NCBI GenBank assembly: GCA_031411915.1
Contig: JANOCA010000578.1
Coordinates: forward strand, 1-45,193
Reading direction: 5' to 3'
Source: Opitutaceae bacterium
GTDB lineage: Bacteria > Verrucomicrobiota > Verrucomicrobiia > Opitutales > Opitutaceae
DNA length: 45,193 nucleotides
Made by a program: the position numbers and the translations under genes. Below, piece after piece: positions 18,123 through 26,551 of the stretch (positions are counted from its first letter, which is position 1; every line of letters begins with the position of its first letter). The notes beneath the pieces are model-generated. The model was not told the DNA's origin and ran no database searches. It worked only from the letters and a program-made list of their open reading frames with translations.

Positions 18123-19628
18123 TCACCCCGTCCGCGGCAGCACGAAGATCAGCACGGCCACGATGTGGCAGGCGCTGCCGCCCAAGGCAAAGGCGTGGCG
18201 AATCACCTGATGGTAGCGCACGCGTTGCCAGAGATGAAAGGCCGCCCCGCAGGCGTAGCAGAGGCCGCCCGCGAGCAACAGCCACACCGCGCCCTGCGGC
18301 ACGGTGGAAACGAGCGGCTTCAGGGCGACGAGCGCCACGAGCCCGAGCAGGAGATACGCGCTGCGCGCGACGAGCTGCATGCGGCCCGGCCAGAACAGCC
18401 GCGCCCCAGCGCCCGCGGCGCAGAGGCCCCAGACGATGCAACTCAGGCTCCAGCCCCATGCCCCGCCCACCCCGCTGAGGAGGAACGGCGTGGCCGTCCC
18501 CGCGATGAGGAGGAAGAGCGCGGCGTGGTTGTAGCGGTGGAAGACCTCACGCCAGTGGGTGGCGCGGTCTTTCCGAAAACTCGCGAAGGCCGCGTAGACC
18601 GCGACCAAACCCGCGCCGAAGAGAATCGCCCCGGCCAGATCGCGGCCGCCGCCGCGGGTGGCGGCGAACACCACGAGCAGCACGAGGGCCGCGATGCTCG
18701 CGATCAAGCCGACGCCGTGCGTGAGGGCGTGGGCGATTTGCTCGCCCCGGGAGTAGCTGGTGAGCACGGGCTGCACGGCGCGCGTGCGGCGGGTCTTGAC
18801 GAGCGCGTCGCTTTTTTCGTCGCACCAGCGGACGATCGCCACCGGGCGCGGGCTCGTGAACTCGGCGGCCTTCCAGTCGGTGCCGTCGGTGTAGAGCGTC
18901 TTGGGCAAGATGAAGGTGCCGAACACCCAGTCGAAGACCGGCAGCGTGAAGAAGCCCGAGATCGCCTCGTTGCAGTCGATCACGGCGTGGTGCCGGAGGT
19001 GAAAGCTGTAGACCTTGCGCCAGAACCAGCCGAAGTGCCGGTGCTCGATGAGCGGCGCCCAGCGCTCGAACGCCCAGTGCTCGATCGCGTGGAAAATCTC
19101 GTAGAGGCAAACCGCGAAGGCGAGGGCGGCATAGCCCGCGAGGAACCACGGGAAAGCCGGCGCGATCCAGTGCAGCAGCGCGAGCAGCGGCGTCGTGACG
19201 GCGGCGAAGACGGCGAGCGTATACCACGGGAAGAACGACGCCTCGCCCTGCTCGGGCTCCGTGACCGGGTAGATGTTTTCCACGAACGGCACCTCGCGGC
19301 CAGCCGACGTGTAGCGCTTGCCGATGCGGGTGAGCGAGTGGTGGAGCGTGTGCTGCTTGTAGAAGCGGCTGAGGAACGGGACCACGGGCTTGTGCAGCAC
19401 GTAGCGGTGAAAAACGAACTCGATGAATGCCGTGAAGAGATGAACCGTGAGAAACGCGGCGGCGAAGCGCCAGACGCCGCCGGTGAGCTGAGCCTGCCAG
19501 ACTGCATCCGGAGCGACGAGCTTCAGCAATCCGGCCAGCGCGCCGAGCGAGAAGGCGATGGTGAAAAGGAAAAGCGGGAGCGAAAAGTGTTCTTCGATGC
19601 GGCCGCGAGAGGGGGAGGAATCGGACAT
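18123..19628 (-). CDS. Fusion of fatty-acid-hydroxylase/sterol-desaturase domain and hemolysin III (PAQR/TrhA) domain
   Basis: N-half His boxes EFVFHRYVLH, QHTLHH, EIFHAIEH, FHLRHH and FDWVFGT. C-half YSRGEQIAHALTHG, HAALFLLIAGTATPF, LLAGGLCYACGAAF, HAFALGGSACH. Confidence 0.85.
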   Translation of the reverse strand: MSDSSPSRGRIEEHFSLPLFLFTIAFSLGALAGLLKLVAPDAVWQAQLTGGVWRFAAAFLTVHLFTAFIEFVFHRYVLHKPVVPFLSRFYKQHTLHHSLTRIGKRYTSAGREVPFVENIYPVTEPEQGEASFFPWYTLAVFAAVTTPLLALLHWIAPAFPWFLAGYAALAFAVCLYEIFHAIEHWAFERWAPLIEHRHFGWFWRKVYSFHLRHHAVIDCNEAISGFFTLPVFDWVFGTFILPKTLYTDGTDWKAAEFTSPRPVAIVRWCDEKSDALVKTRRTRAVQPVLTSYSRGEQIAHALTHGVGLIASIAALVLLVVFAATRGGGRDLAGAILFGAGLVAVYAAFASFRKDRATHWREVFHRYNHAALFLLIAGTATPFLLSGVGGAWGWSLSCIVWGLCAAGAGARLFWPGRMQLVARSAYLLLGLVALVALKPLVSTVPQGAVWLLLAGGLCYACGAAFHLWQRVRYHQVIRHAFALGGSACHIVAVLIFVLPRTG

Positions 19629-19713
19629 GAGTTGTCAGCGTCGGCCTCTTGGTCCGCCGGAGCAACCGCGGAATCGCGATTCATCCCGGAATAAGATCGA
19701 ACGGTTCGACGAG

Positions 19714-19766
19714 GGTGTAGGCCCGGGCGATGACCGGGCTGCCCGGCCAGCGGCCGGGCCTATACC
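19714..19766. repeat. Inverted pair of GTAG-type REP units (REPIN-like, 53-bp near-palindrome)
   Basis: GGTGTAGGCCCGGGCGATGACCGGGC-T-GCCCGGCCAGCGGCCGGGCCTATACC; each half has its own GCCCGG..CCGGGC hairpin. Confidence 0.7.
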
Positions 19767-19835
19767 GAAGGGCTTGGAGGGAGATCGAACCGCAGGGTTC
19801 GACTTCGGCGGAGCTCGCGTCTGTCGTCTTGCGTC

Positions 19836-20924
19836 GTGCTCTTAGGAAAATCCCCGCGAGTCTCCGTGGTCCTGCCGGTCCGCAATGCCGCCGCCACGGT
19901 GGCGCGTGCGGTGGCGAGCATCCGGGCGCAGACCTTGCCCGACTGGGAATTGATCGCGGTGGACGACGGATCGACGGACGGGACACGCGGGGTCTTGCGG
20001 GAGTTGGCGAGCCGAGAGCCCCGGATGGTCGTCTTTGAGCGGGAGCACGCCGGGGTAACCGCGGCGGCGAATGCCGCCATGGCCGCGGCCCGCGGCGACT
20101 TCATCGCGCGCATGGATGCGGATGACGAGTCACACCCGGAGCGACTGGCGGCGCAGGCGGCGTTTCTCGAGACCGCGGCGAATCGGGACGTGGGCGTGGT
20201 GGGCTGCCTCGTGGAATTCGGTGGCGACCGGGCAACGGGCGAGGGCTACGCGCGGCATGTGGACTGGGTGAACTCGCTCGTTACACCGGATGACATCGCG
20301 CTCAACCGGTTCGTGGAGGCGCCGCTGGCCAACCCGAGCGTGATGTTCCGGCGTGAACTCGTGGCGCGGCATGGCGGCTACCGCCACGGCGATTTCCCCG
20401 AGGACTACGAGCTGTGGCTGCGGTGGCTGGATGCCGGCGTGCGGATGGCGAAGGTCCCGCGCACGCTGCTGACGTGGCACGACGCGCCCACGCGGCTCAC
20501 CCGCATCGATGCGCGCTACGACCCGGAGGCGTTCTTCCGGGTGAAGGCCGAGTGGATCGCGCGCTGGCTCGTAGCGGCACACGTGAGCGTTTCGTCCCAC
20601 GGCACAGGCAGCCAAGAAACGCTCACGCGTTGCGACACGCGGGAAATCTACGTCTGGGGCGCGGGCCGGCCGGCTCGCAAGCGGGCTGCGCACCTCACGG
20701 CCCATGGCGTGCGCATCGAGGGCTACATCGATGTCGATGCCAAGAAGACGGGGCGAGGCGTCGGTGGCACCGGGCTGCCGGTGATTGCCCCGGAAGCGCT
20801 GCCCCCGCCGGGGACAATTTTTGTGCTCGGCTACGTGGCCCGGCGGGGCGTGCGTGAGGATGTCCGCGCGCGCCTGCACGCTCGCGGCTACGTCGAGGGG
20901 CGGGACTTTCTGATGTGCGCGTGA
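19836..20924 (+). CDS. Family 2 glycosyltransferase with C-terminal Rossmann-like domain
   Basis: VSVVLPVRN, ELIAVDDGSTDGT, IARMDADD, PEDYELWLR; C-terminal IYVWGAG...IEGYIDVD. Confidence 0.9.
   Translation: MLLGKSPRVSVVLPVRNAAATVARAVASIRAQTLPDWELIAVDDGSTDGTRGVLRELASREPRMVVFEREHAGVTAAANAAMAAARGDFIARMDADDESHPERLAAQAAFLETAANRDVGVVGCLVEFGGDRATGEGYARHVDWVNSLVTPDDIALNRFVEAPLANPSVMFRRELVARHGGYRHGDFPEDYELWLRWLDAGVRMAKVPRTLLTWHDAPTRLTRIDARYDPEAFFRVKAEWIARWLVAAHVSVSSHGTGSQETLTRCDTREIYVWGAGRPARKRAAHLTAHGVRIEGYIDVDAKKTGRGVGGTGLPVIAPEALPPPGTIFVLGYVARRGVREDVRARLHARGYVEGRDFLMCA
20571..20638. repeat. Degenerate GTAG-type inverted repeat inside the GT2 coding sequence
   Basis: Left arm GTAGCGGCACACGTGAGCGTTTC and right arm GAAACGCTCACGCGTTGCGACAC: 12 contiguous bp perfect, 18/23 overall. 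Confidence 0.6.
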
Positions 20925-20963
20925 GCCGGGGATTCGTGGTGTGTGAAAATACGGCCGTGATTT

Positions 20964-21575
20964 TCAGGTGGCGACCGGGCCGGTGACCGACGGGGCGAGG
21001 GCGTGCGCGAGTTCTGCGACCCGGCGGCCGAGTCCCTCTGCAGTGAGGCTATCACCGGGGTGAAGAGCGGCCGGCGTGTCGGGCACTGACGCGGCGTGGC
21101 CCATCACGCCAAGGAACGAGCCGAGGCGGTTGATCTCGTGCGGCTCGCCGCGGAAGTGCGAGGGGAAATCCGCGCTGCCGATCCAGAGCATGCTGTGCTG
21201 CGCGGCCAACAGCGTGAGGGTCTGGAGCGTGGCCAGTTTGTCGCCGCTCGGTGAGCCACTGTGGGTGAAGCCGGCCGCGAGTTTGTTGCGCCAGCCTTGG
21301 CGAAACCAGATGCCACCCGAGGCGTCGGCGAAGGCTTTGAACTGCGCCGCCGGTCCGCCCATGTAGGTCGGCGTGCCGAAGACGATCGCGTCGGCGCGAT
21401 CGAGCGTGGCAAACAGCCCCGGGTTGATGAAGCGGCCTTCGCGGATGTCGCGGCCATCGAGGGCGAGCAAGGCCGTGTCGGTGTCGGCGACGCTGGCGGC
21501 GCCGCGTTGCACGGCTTCGGCCATGAGCCGGGTGTGCCCGGTGCCGGAGAAATAGACGATGGCGACGGTTCTCAT
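20964..21575 (-). CDS. Flavodoxin-fold NAD(P)H:quinone oxidoreductase / FMN reductase (WrbA-like)
   Basis: True start MRTVAIVYFSGTGHT (ATG 21575, preceded by GGAGGAG); ADAIVFGTPTYMGG, KLAAGFTHSGSPSGDK. Confidence 0.9.
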   Translation of the reverse strand: MRTVAIVYFSGTGHTRLMAEAVQRGAASVADTDTALLALDGRDIREGRFINPGLFATLDRADAIVFGTPTYMGGPAAQFKAFADASGGIWFRQGWRNKLAAGFTHSGSPSGDKLATLQTLTLLAAQHSMLWIGSADFPSHFRGEPHEINRLGSFLGVMGHAASVPDTPAALHPGDSLTAEGLGRRVAELAHALAPSVTGPVAT

Positions 21576-21838
21576 CGGCGGCTCCTCCCGATCGGACGCG
21601 AGATGGGTGTGGTGGGTTGGTGCGACCGGCGCGGCGTGGCCGTGGTGGCGGCGAGTCGAACGGCGGTGAGGCCGCCGGCATAGCCCCAGTTTTCCGGGGC
21701 GATTTCCTGAATCACGATATGGATGTGCTCGGGGGATTTGCCGAGGACGTTCACGAGCGACGCCGTGAAATCCTCCACGACCTGGCGTTTCTGGACCGTG
21801 CTGGCTCCTCCGAGAATCTGCAGATTGATGTAGGGCAT
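21572..21838 (-). CDS. 4-oxalocrotonate tautomerase family protein
   Basis: Catalytic Pro-1 (MPYINLQI), QKRQVV...LGKSPEHIHIVIQEIAPENWGYAG; AAGGAG RBS; about 25-aa low-complexity tail overlapping the next start. Confidence 0.88.
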   Translation of the reverse strand: MPYINLQILGGASTVQKRQVVEDFTASLVNVLGKSPEHIHIVIQEIAPENWGYAGGLTAVRLAATTATPRRSHQPTTPISRPIGRSRR

Positions 21839-21850
21839 GGCGGGGGCTCC

Positions 21851-22834
21851 TTACTTGATCGGCAGCGCGAGGGGGCGCAGCGGGGCGCCGCTGGCGCCGC
21901 GAAATTTGAGCGAGGCGGCGATGAACGCGAAGGTGTAGACGCGGTCTCGGGCGAGATTCTCCAGATGGATGTTCTCGATGAACATCACGCCCTGCTCGGC
22001 GAGCAGGTAGGTGTGCACGGGCACCCAGTTGTCGGCGCGCTCGGGCGGGAAGGCTTCGAAGCTGAGGTTGTCGGCGCCGAGCAGCATGGCCTGCTGCGAC
22101 TCGACGAGCCATTTCGCGGCGTCGAGGCTGATGCCGGGATAGTCGTGGAGGAACTCCTTGGCCTCGTGAAAGTGCTGCATCTGCCCGGTGCGCAGGAGCA
22201 CGACATCGCCGGGCTCGAGGCGCACGGCCTGGCGTTGCAGCGCGGCTTCGAGATCGTCGCGCGTGACGCGGTAATTACGCGGGAGCGTGGCGGTGCCTTT
22301 CAGCGCTGGCAGATCGATGAGGACACCGCGGGCGACGATGGGCGGGATCGTTTCGGCGCCCGCTTTTTTCCAGCCCTTGTCGCCGAGGTGCTCGTCGGCG
22401 GAGAAGCCGTTCCAGATTTTGCCGTCTAGGCCGAAGTGGTTGAGCGCGTCGATGTGCGTGCCCATGTGGGTATACATCGAGACGGCGTCGCCGGTGTAGG
22501 TGACCTTGCGGTTCATGGCGGCGCCGAGGCCGTTGGGATTGTCGACAATCGTGCCGCGCGGCGTGTGCGTGAGCCAGAACTGGTAGGCGGGATCGTGCAG
22601 GTGGTGGAAGCTCGGCATGCCGACGAAGAACTCGGTGCCGAGATCGTAGACCCGGCCGCCGGCGAGGCGGGCAAGGATGGCCGCGCGTGAGGCATCGGTC
22701 ATGCGGTTGAGGGCGCCGATCTCGTCGGCGGGGCCCCAAGGGCTGGTGCCAACGACGTCGGTCTGGGCGCTGGCGGGACTGCCGGGCAGCGCAGCGAGGA
22801 GCAGCGCGGCGGGGAGGAGGAGTTTGGTTTTCAC
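21851..22834 (-). CDS. Cyclase family (kynurenine-formamidase-like) metal-dependent hydrolase with signal peptide
   Basis: SPWGPADEIGALN, HMGTHIDALNH (HxGTHxD), GDVVLLRTG, GADN, PVH, GASGAPLRP; N-terminal MKTKLLLPAALLLAAL...ASA-Q. Confidence 0.9.
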   Translation of the reverse strand: MKTKLLLPAALLLAALPGSPASAQTDVVGTSPWGPADEIGALNRMTDASRAAILARLAGGRVYDLGTEFFVGMPSFHHLHDPAYQFWLTHTPRGTIVDNPNGLGAAMNRKVTYTGDAVSMYTHMGTHIDALNHFGLDGKIWNGFSADEHLGDKGWKKAGAETIPPIVARGVLIDLPALKGTATLPRNYRVTRDDLEAALQRQAVRLEPGDVVLLRTGQMQHFHEAKEFLHDYPGISLDAAKWLVESQQAMLLGADNLSFEAFPPERADNWVPVHTYLLAEQGVMFIENIHLENLARDRVYTFAFIAASLKFRGASGAPLRPLALPIK

Positions 22835-22892
22835 CCGGCGAGATTATCACGCGACCCGGGGGACGGTGAAATACCGTGTTGCGTGCCCCGTC

Positions 22893-22907
22893 ATACCCGC
22901 AACGTAT
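22893..22907. promoter_or_regulatory. LysR recognition box ATAC-N7-GTAT
   Basis: ATAC-CCGCAAC-GTAT (T-N11-A dyad of BenM/CatR type) between the divergent cyclase and LysR genes; a second ATAC half-site lies at 22871. Confidence 0.7.
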
Positions 22908-22921
22908 CGGAGCGCTCAGCC

Positions 22922-23818
22922 ATGGAACTGCGCCACCTTCGCTACTTCGTCGCCGTCGGGGAGGAAGAGAACGTCACTCGGGCCGCGGCGCGGCTGCACG
23001 TGTCGCAACCACCGCTGACGCGACAGATCCAGGACCTCGAGCACGAACTGGGTTGCGCGTTGTTCGAGCGTTCGGGGAAATCGCTGCGGCTTACCGAGGC
23101 CGGGCGGGCGTTTCTGGACGAGGCGCGGGCGGTGCTGGCGCGAGTCGAAGCGGCCGTGGCCCGCGCCCGCGGGATCGCGACCGGCCGGGAAGGGGAGCTG
23201 CACGTGGGCTACGCGCCATCGCCAACGATCGGCTTGCTGCCGGGTGCGTTGGAGGCGTTTCAGCGCAGTCATCCGTCGCTGCGGGTGACCCTGCACGACT
23301 TGTCCACGCCGCAGATGATCGCCGGGTTGCATGCCCGCACCCTGCATGTCGCGCTGATGATGCAACCGCCGAAAGCAGCCGCGGTGGGCCTCGCTTTTGA
23401 GCCGCTGCGGGCTTTCTCCATCGTGGTCGCGATGTCGGCGCGGCATCCCTGGTCCCGTAAGCGCGCGATGCCAGTGGCGGATCTGCTGCGCGAGCCGATC
23501 GTGGTGCTGGCGCGGAAGGAGTATCCGGACTATCACGCCTTCCTCGCCCGGGTGCTAGGCGACGACTTGAGGCGGCTGCGCATCGTAGAGGAATGCGATG
23601 GCGGCATGAGCTTGATCGCGGCCGTGGAGGCGGGTCGCGGCGTGGCGGTCACGGTTTCCGCGCTCGGGGACGCGGCGGGCGCGCGTTTGCGGCTCGTGCC
23701 GCTGCGCCCGGCACCCGAGCCGGCGGTGGTGGGGGTTGCCTCCCTCGAAAGCGGTCTCACGCCGCTGGCGGCGGCGTTTGTCAGCGTCGTGAAGGCCCAG
23801 GATGTCCGGTTGAAATGA
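22922..23818 (+). CDS. LysR family transcriptional regulator
   Basis: MELRHLRYFVAV...AAARLHVSQPPLTRQIQDLE HTH plus substrate-binding domain; start at ATG 22922. Confidence 0.95.
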   Translation: MELRHLRYFVAVGEEENVTRAAARLHVSQPPLTRQIQDLEHELGCALFERSGKSLRLTEAGRAFLDEARAVLARVEAAVARARGIATGREGELHVGYAPSPTIGLLPGALEAFQRSHPSLRVTLHDLSTPQMIAGLHARTLHVALMMQPPKAAAVGLAFEPLRAFSIVVAMSARHPWSRKRAMPVADLLREPIVVLARKEYPDYHAFLARVLGDDLRRLRIVEECDGGMSLIAAVEAGRGVAVTVSALGDAAGARLRLVPLRPAPEPAVVGVASLESGLTPLAAAFVSVVKAQDVRLK

Positions 23819-23878
23819 TCGCAGCGGGACCAAGGGCGTCGAGATGAACGCGGTTTCGGCAGACTCGTCGTCAATGGC

Positions 23879-24601
23879 ATGAGCCGCGGTGAAGGGGAAC
23901 AACATCGGCGCCTGAAGACCCTCGCCCTTACGTGGGTGCAGGCGAGCGGTTTTGAGATCGCGGCGGCCGAGGTGCGTGTTCCGAAGAGCGGCTACCGCGC
24001 GGATGTCGCCGCTTACTCGCTGGCGACGTCGGAGCGGGCGCAGGCGCGGACGGCGGTGCTCGAGTGCAAGCAGGCGCGCGCGGATTTGCTCAAGGACGCG
24101 CACGTGGAGGTCCAGACCCGGGCCCGCCTCGCGGAGCTGATGGAGCGGAAACAAGCGCTCGAAAAACTGCTGGCCGTGCACCGGCCCGACCTCCGCCGGG
24201 GCGAGGCGCTGTGGCCGGAGTTCGATGCGTGGGATTTCTCCGCGTTGGAGCATCGCGGCCATCGCGCCGTGATCGAGGAGCTGGAGACGGTGCAGCGGCG
24301 CCTCCAAGGCGGCATGAAATTCTCGAAGATGTTCCGTTACCGCTACGCGGACTTCCTCTACCTCGTGGTGGAGGATGCCATCTTCGCCGAAGCGGAGATT
24401 CCGGCGGGCTGGGGCCTGCTCGTGCGTGAGGGCGACGGGCTGCGGCTCGCGCGCTCACCGGCGTGGCTGGACTCCGCACCAGAGCAACGGACGGCGTTAC
24501 TCGAGAGCATTGCCATCGCGGGAACGAAGGCCGTGAACCGCGCCGCGGGCATCACGGTGACGCGTCCGGGTTGGACATCCGGCGATTTGCCCGGAACGTG
24601 A
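23879..24601 (+). CDS. Hypothetical PD-(D/E)xK nuclease-fold protein, MmcB-like
   Basis: H..LK, EVRVP..YRADVAAY, VLECKQARADLLKD, ADFLYLVV, EIPAGWGLLV match the MmcB-type motif series. Confidence 0.6.
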   Translation: MSRGEGEQHRRLKTLALTWVQASGFEIAAAEVRVPKSGYRADVAAYSLATSERAQARTAVLECKQARADLLKDAHVEVQTRARLAELMERKQALEKLLAVHRPDLRRGEALWPEFDAWDFSALEHRGHRAVIEELETVQRRLQGGMKFSKMFRYRYADFLYLVVEDAIFAEAEIPAGWGLLVREGDGLRLARSPAWLDSAPEQRTALLESIAIAGTKAVNRAAGITVTRPGWTSGDLPGT

Positions 24602-24606
24602 CGGCT

Positions 24607-25419
24607 ATGCCTGAGACCACTCCGCCCAATCCCGCCGAATCCGGCCTTGAGGTGCGCACGCAGTTCGTGCGCAACCGCAACGCGCTTGTGGCGCGCGCGG
24701 ATTTCGGCGAGCTCTTCGTCGATTACTACCTCCACCTGAGCACGCACGGCATCAAGGTGCAGCCGGAGCACGACGCGATGTTCAAGCGCGCGCTCGCGGC
24801 CTTCACCCTGCACTGCGCCTCGCGTCCGTGGGACGAGATCACGGCGTGGACGATCAATTTTCAAAAGCCGCTCGTGAATCTCTTCCTCACCGGCGACAAC
24901 GGCACCGGCGCCGTGGCCGGGCGGATCTTCGACGAGAACGTGAAGGAGCTCCCGGAAAACATCTTCTACGCGGATGTCGTTCGCGGCCGCGGCGAGAAGC
25001 GTCGCAGCGCCGTCACCTTCACGGGCGCCGATCCGCTCGCGGCGGCGGAGAAATTCTACACGCAGAGCGAGCAGCGCGGCGCGCGGTTTTTCCAGCTCGG
25101 CGAGGAGGAGTTTGCCCTCGTTTCGGAGCATCCCGATTGCGACTTGGAGTGGTTCCGCGCGCTCACGCCGGAAACCGTGCTTACGCTGGAAAAGACGGAG
25201 ACGCTCTCGCTGCTCGAGCGCCGCATCCAGCGCTGGCACTGCGGCTGCAACCAGACGCGGATGATGGAGGTCCTCGCGCCCGCCATGCGGCAGGACCCCG
25301 CGGCTTTGTTCGGTGACGAGCCCAAGATGGAGATCCGCTGCCCCCGTTGCCGGGCGCGCCACCTGGTCACGCGCGAGGCGCTGGAGGCGTTTGTGGCGGG
25401 CGGTGGTCCGAAGCCGTGA
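24607..25419 (+). CDS. Hsp33 (HslO) family redox-regulated chaperone
   Basis: C-terminal zinc switch WHCGCN...IRCPRC preceded by LERRIQRW; start at ATG 24607 (MPETT). Confidence 0.8.
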   Translation: MPETTPPNPAESGLEVRTQFVRNRNALVARADFGELFVDYYLHLSTHGIKVQPEHDAMFKRALAAFTLHCASRPWDEITAWTINFQKPLVNLFLTGDNGTGAVAGRIFDENVKELPENIFYADVVRGRGEKRRSAVTFTGADPLAAAEKFYTQSEQRGARFFQLGEEEFALVSEHPDCDLEWFRALTPETVLTLEKTETLSLLERRIQRWHCGCNQTRMMEVLAPAMRQDPAALFGDEPKMEIRCPRCRARHLVTREALEAFVAGGGPKP

Positions 25420-26012
25420 GCGAGATCGGGCGCAACATCTGGGCCGGTTTTGCCAGCGCGTCGTCCCTCGATCGGGTGAACCTCATCCTCGGGATCGTGG
25501 GCGTGGTGCTCATGATCCGGCGCTCGCTGTGGGCGTTTCCGGTCGGGCTCGTGGCGGTGAGCGTGCAGGGCGTGCTGTTTTACCGGACAAAGTTTTATGC
25601 GGACGCGACCCAGCAGGTGTTCTTCTTCGCGGCGCTCGCGTGGGGCTGGTGGCACTGGGTCCGCGATTGCGGGCCGGCGGCGGAGCTGCCGGTGACGGTC
25701 CTGTCGGGGCGCTCCCGCGGCGTGGTGGCGTTGCTGGGCGTGGCGGCGGTGGTGGCGTGGGCGCTGGCGCTGCGGCGCTGGACGGACGCGGTGATGCCGT
25801 GGCGCGACGCGTTCATCGCGGTGTTCGGCATCGTGGCGCAGTGGCTGCAGGCGCGGAAACTGATCGAGAACTGGCCGCTGTGGATCGTCGTCAACGCGGT
25901 GGCGGTCGCGGCGTATTGGGAGGCGACGCTGGCCTACACGGCCTGCCTCTACGCGGTTTACCTTGGGCTGGCGGTGGTGGGTTGGCGGGCGTGGGCGAGG
26001 GCGAAGGCATGA
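25416..26012 (+). CDS. pnuC: Nicotinamide riboside transporter PnuC family
   Basis: WAFPVGL, YADATQQVFF, WGWWHW, PWRDAF, AQWLQARKLIENWPLWIVVN; GTG start overlaps the Hsp33 stop. Confidence 0.9.
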   Translation: MSEIGRNIWAGFASASSLDRVNLILGIVGVVLMIRRSLWAFPVGLVAVSVQGVLFYRTKFYADATQQVFFFAALAWGWWHWVRDCGPAAELPVTVLSGRSRGVVALLGVAAVVAWALALRRWTDAVMPWRDAFIAVFGIVAQWLQARKLIENWPLWIVVNAVAVAAYWEATLAYTACLYAVYLGLAVVGWRAWARAKA

Positions 26013-26551
26013 GCGGCGTGAAACGCATCGTGCTATTCGGCACGGAATCGACGGGCAAGACCACGCTGGCGCAGCGGCTCGCGGCGCACTTTGGCGAGCC
26101 GTGGTCCGAGGAGTTTGTGCGCGAATTCTGGGAAATCCGCGGCGGGAAAATCACCGGCGAGGATCTCGGCACGATCGCGCTGGGGCAGATGGCCAACGAG
26201 GACCGCGCGATTGCGGCGGCCCGGCGCCTGGTGTTCTTCGACACGGACCTCCTCACCTGCACGCTGTGGGACGACGTGCTGTTCCCCGGCGCGTGCCCGC
26301 CGTGGGTGCGCACCGAGGCGGAAGAGCGGGCGCGCGAGGTCGCGCTGTGGTTGCTTTGCGACACCGACGTGCCCTTCGAGCCGGATCCGCAGCGGAGCTT
26401 TCCCGATGCGGCGTCGCGCGCGCGCGGGCGGGAACTTTGGCGGACGGCGCTGGCTTCCCGGGGCCTGCCCTTCGTGGAGATCCGCGGCGACTGGCCGGAG
26501 CGCGCACGCATCGCGATCGCGGCGGTGGCGCGGATTTTGCCTGATGGGTAG
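26009..26551 (+). CDS. NadR-type P-loop kinase (AAA_28; ribosylnicotinamide-kinase-like, no NMNAT domain)
   Basis: MSGVKRIVLFGTESTGKTTLA, EEFVRE, FFDTD, DVPFEPDPQR; ATGA overlap with pnuC. Confidence 0.87.
   Translation: MSGVKRIVLFGTESTGKTTLAQRLAAHFGEPWSEEFVREFWEIRGGKITGEDLGTIALGQMANEDRAIAAARRLVFFDTDLLTCTLWDDVLFPGACPPWVRTEAEERAREVALWLLCDTDVPFEPDPQRSFPDAASRARGRELWRTALASRGLPFVEIRGDWPERARIAIAAVARILPDG

Noticed and set aside
19694-19803. Two AGATCGAAC..GGTTCGAC dyads resembling tRNA T-loops or a GAAC-N4-GTTC SOS box
   Set aside because: No cloverleaf or T-stem, and the spacers are 1 and 6 nt rather than 4. No function can be supported.
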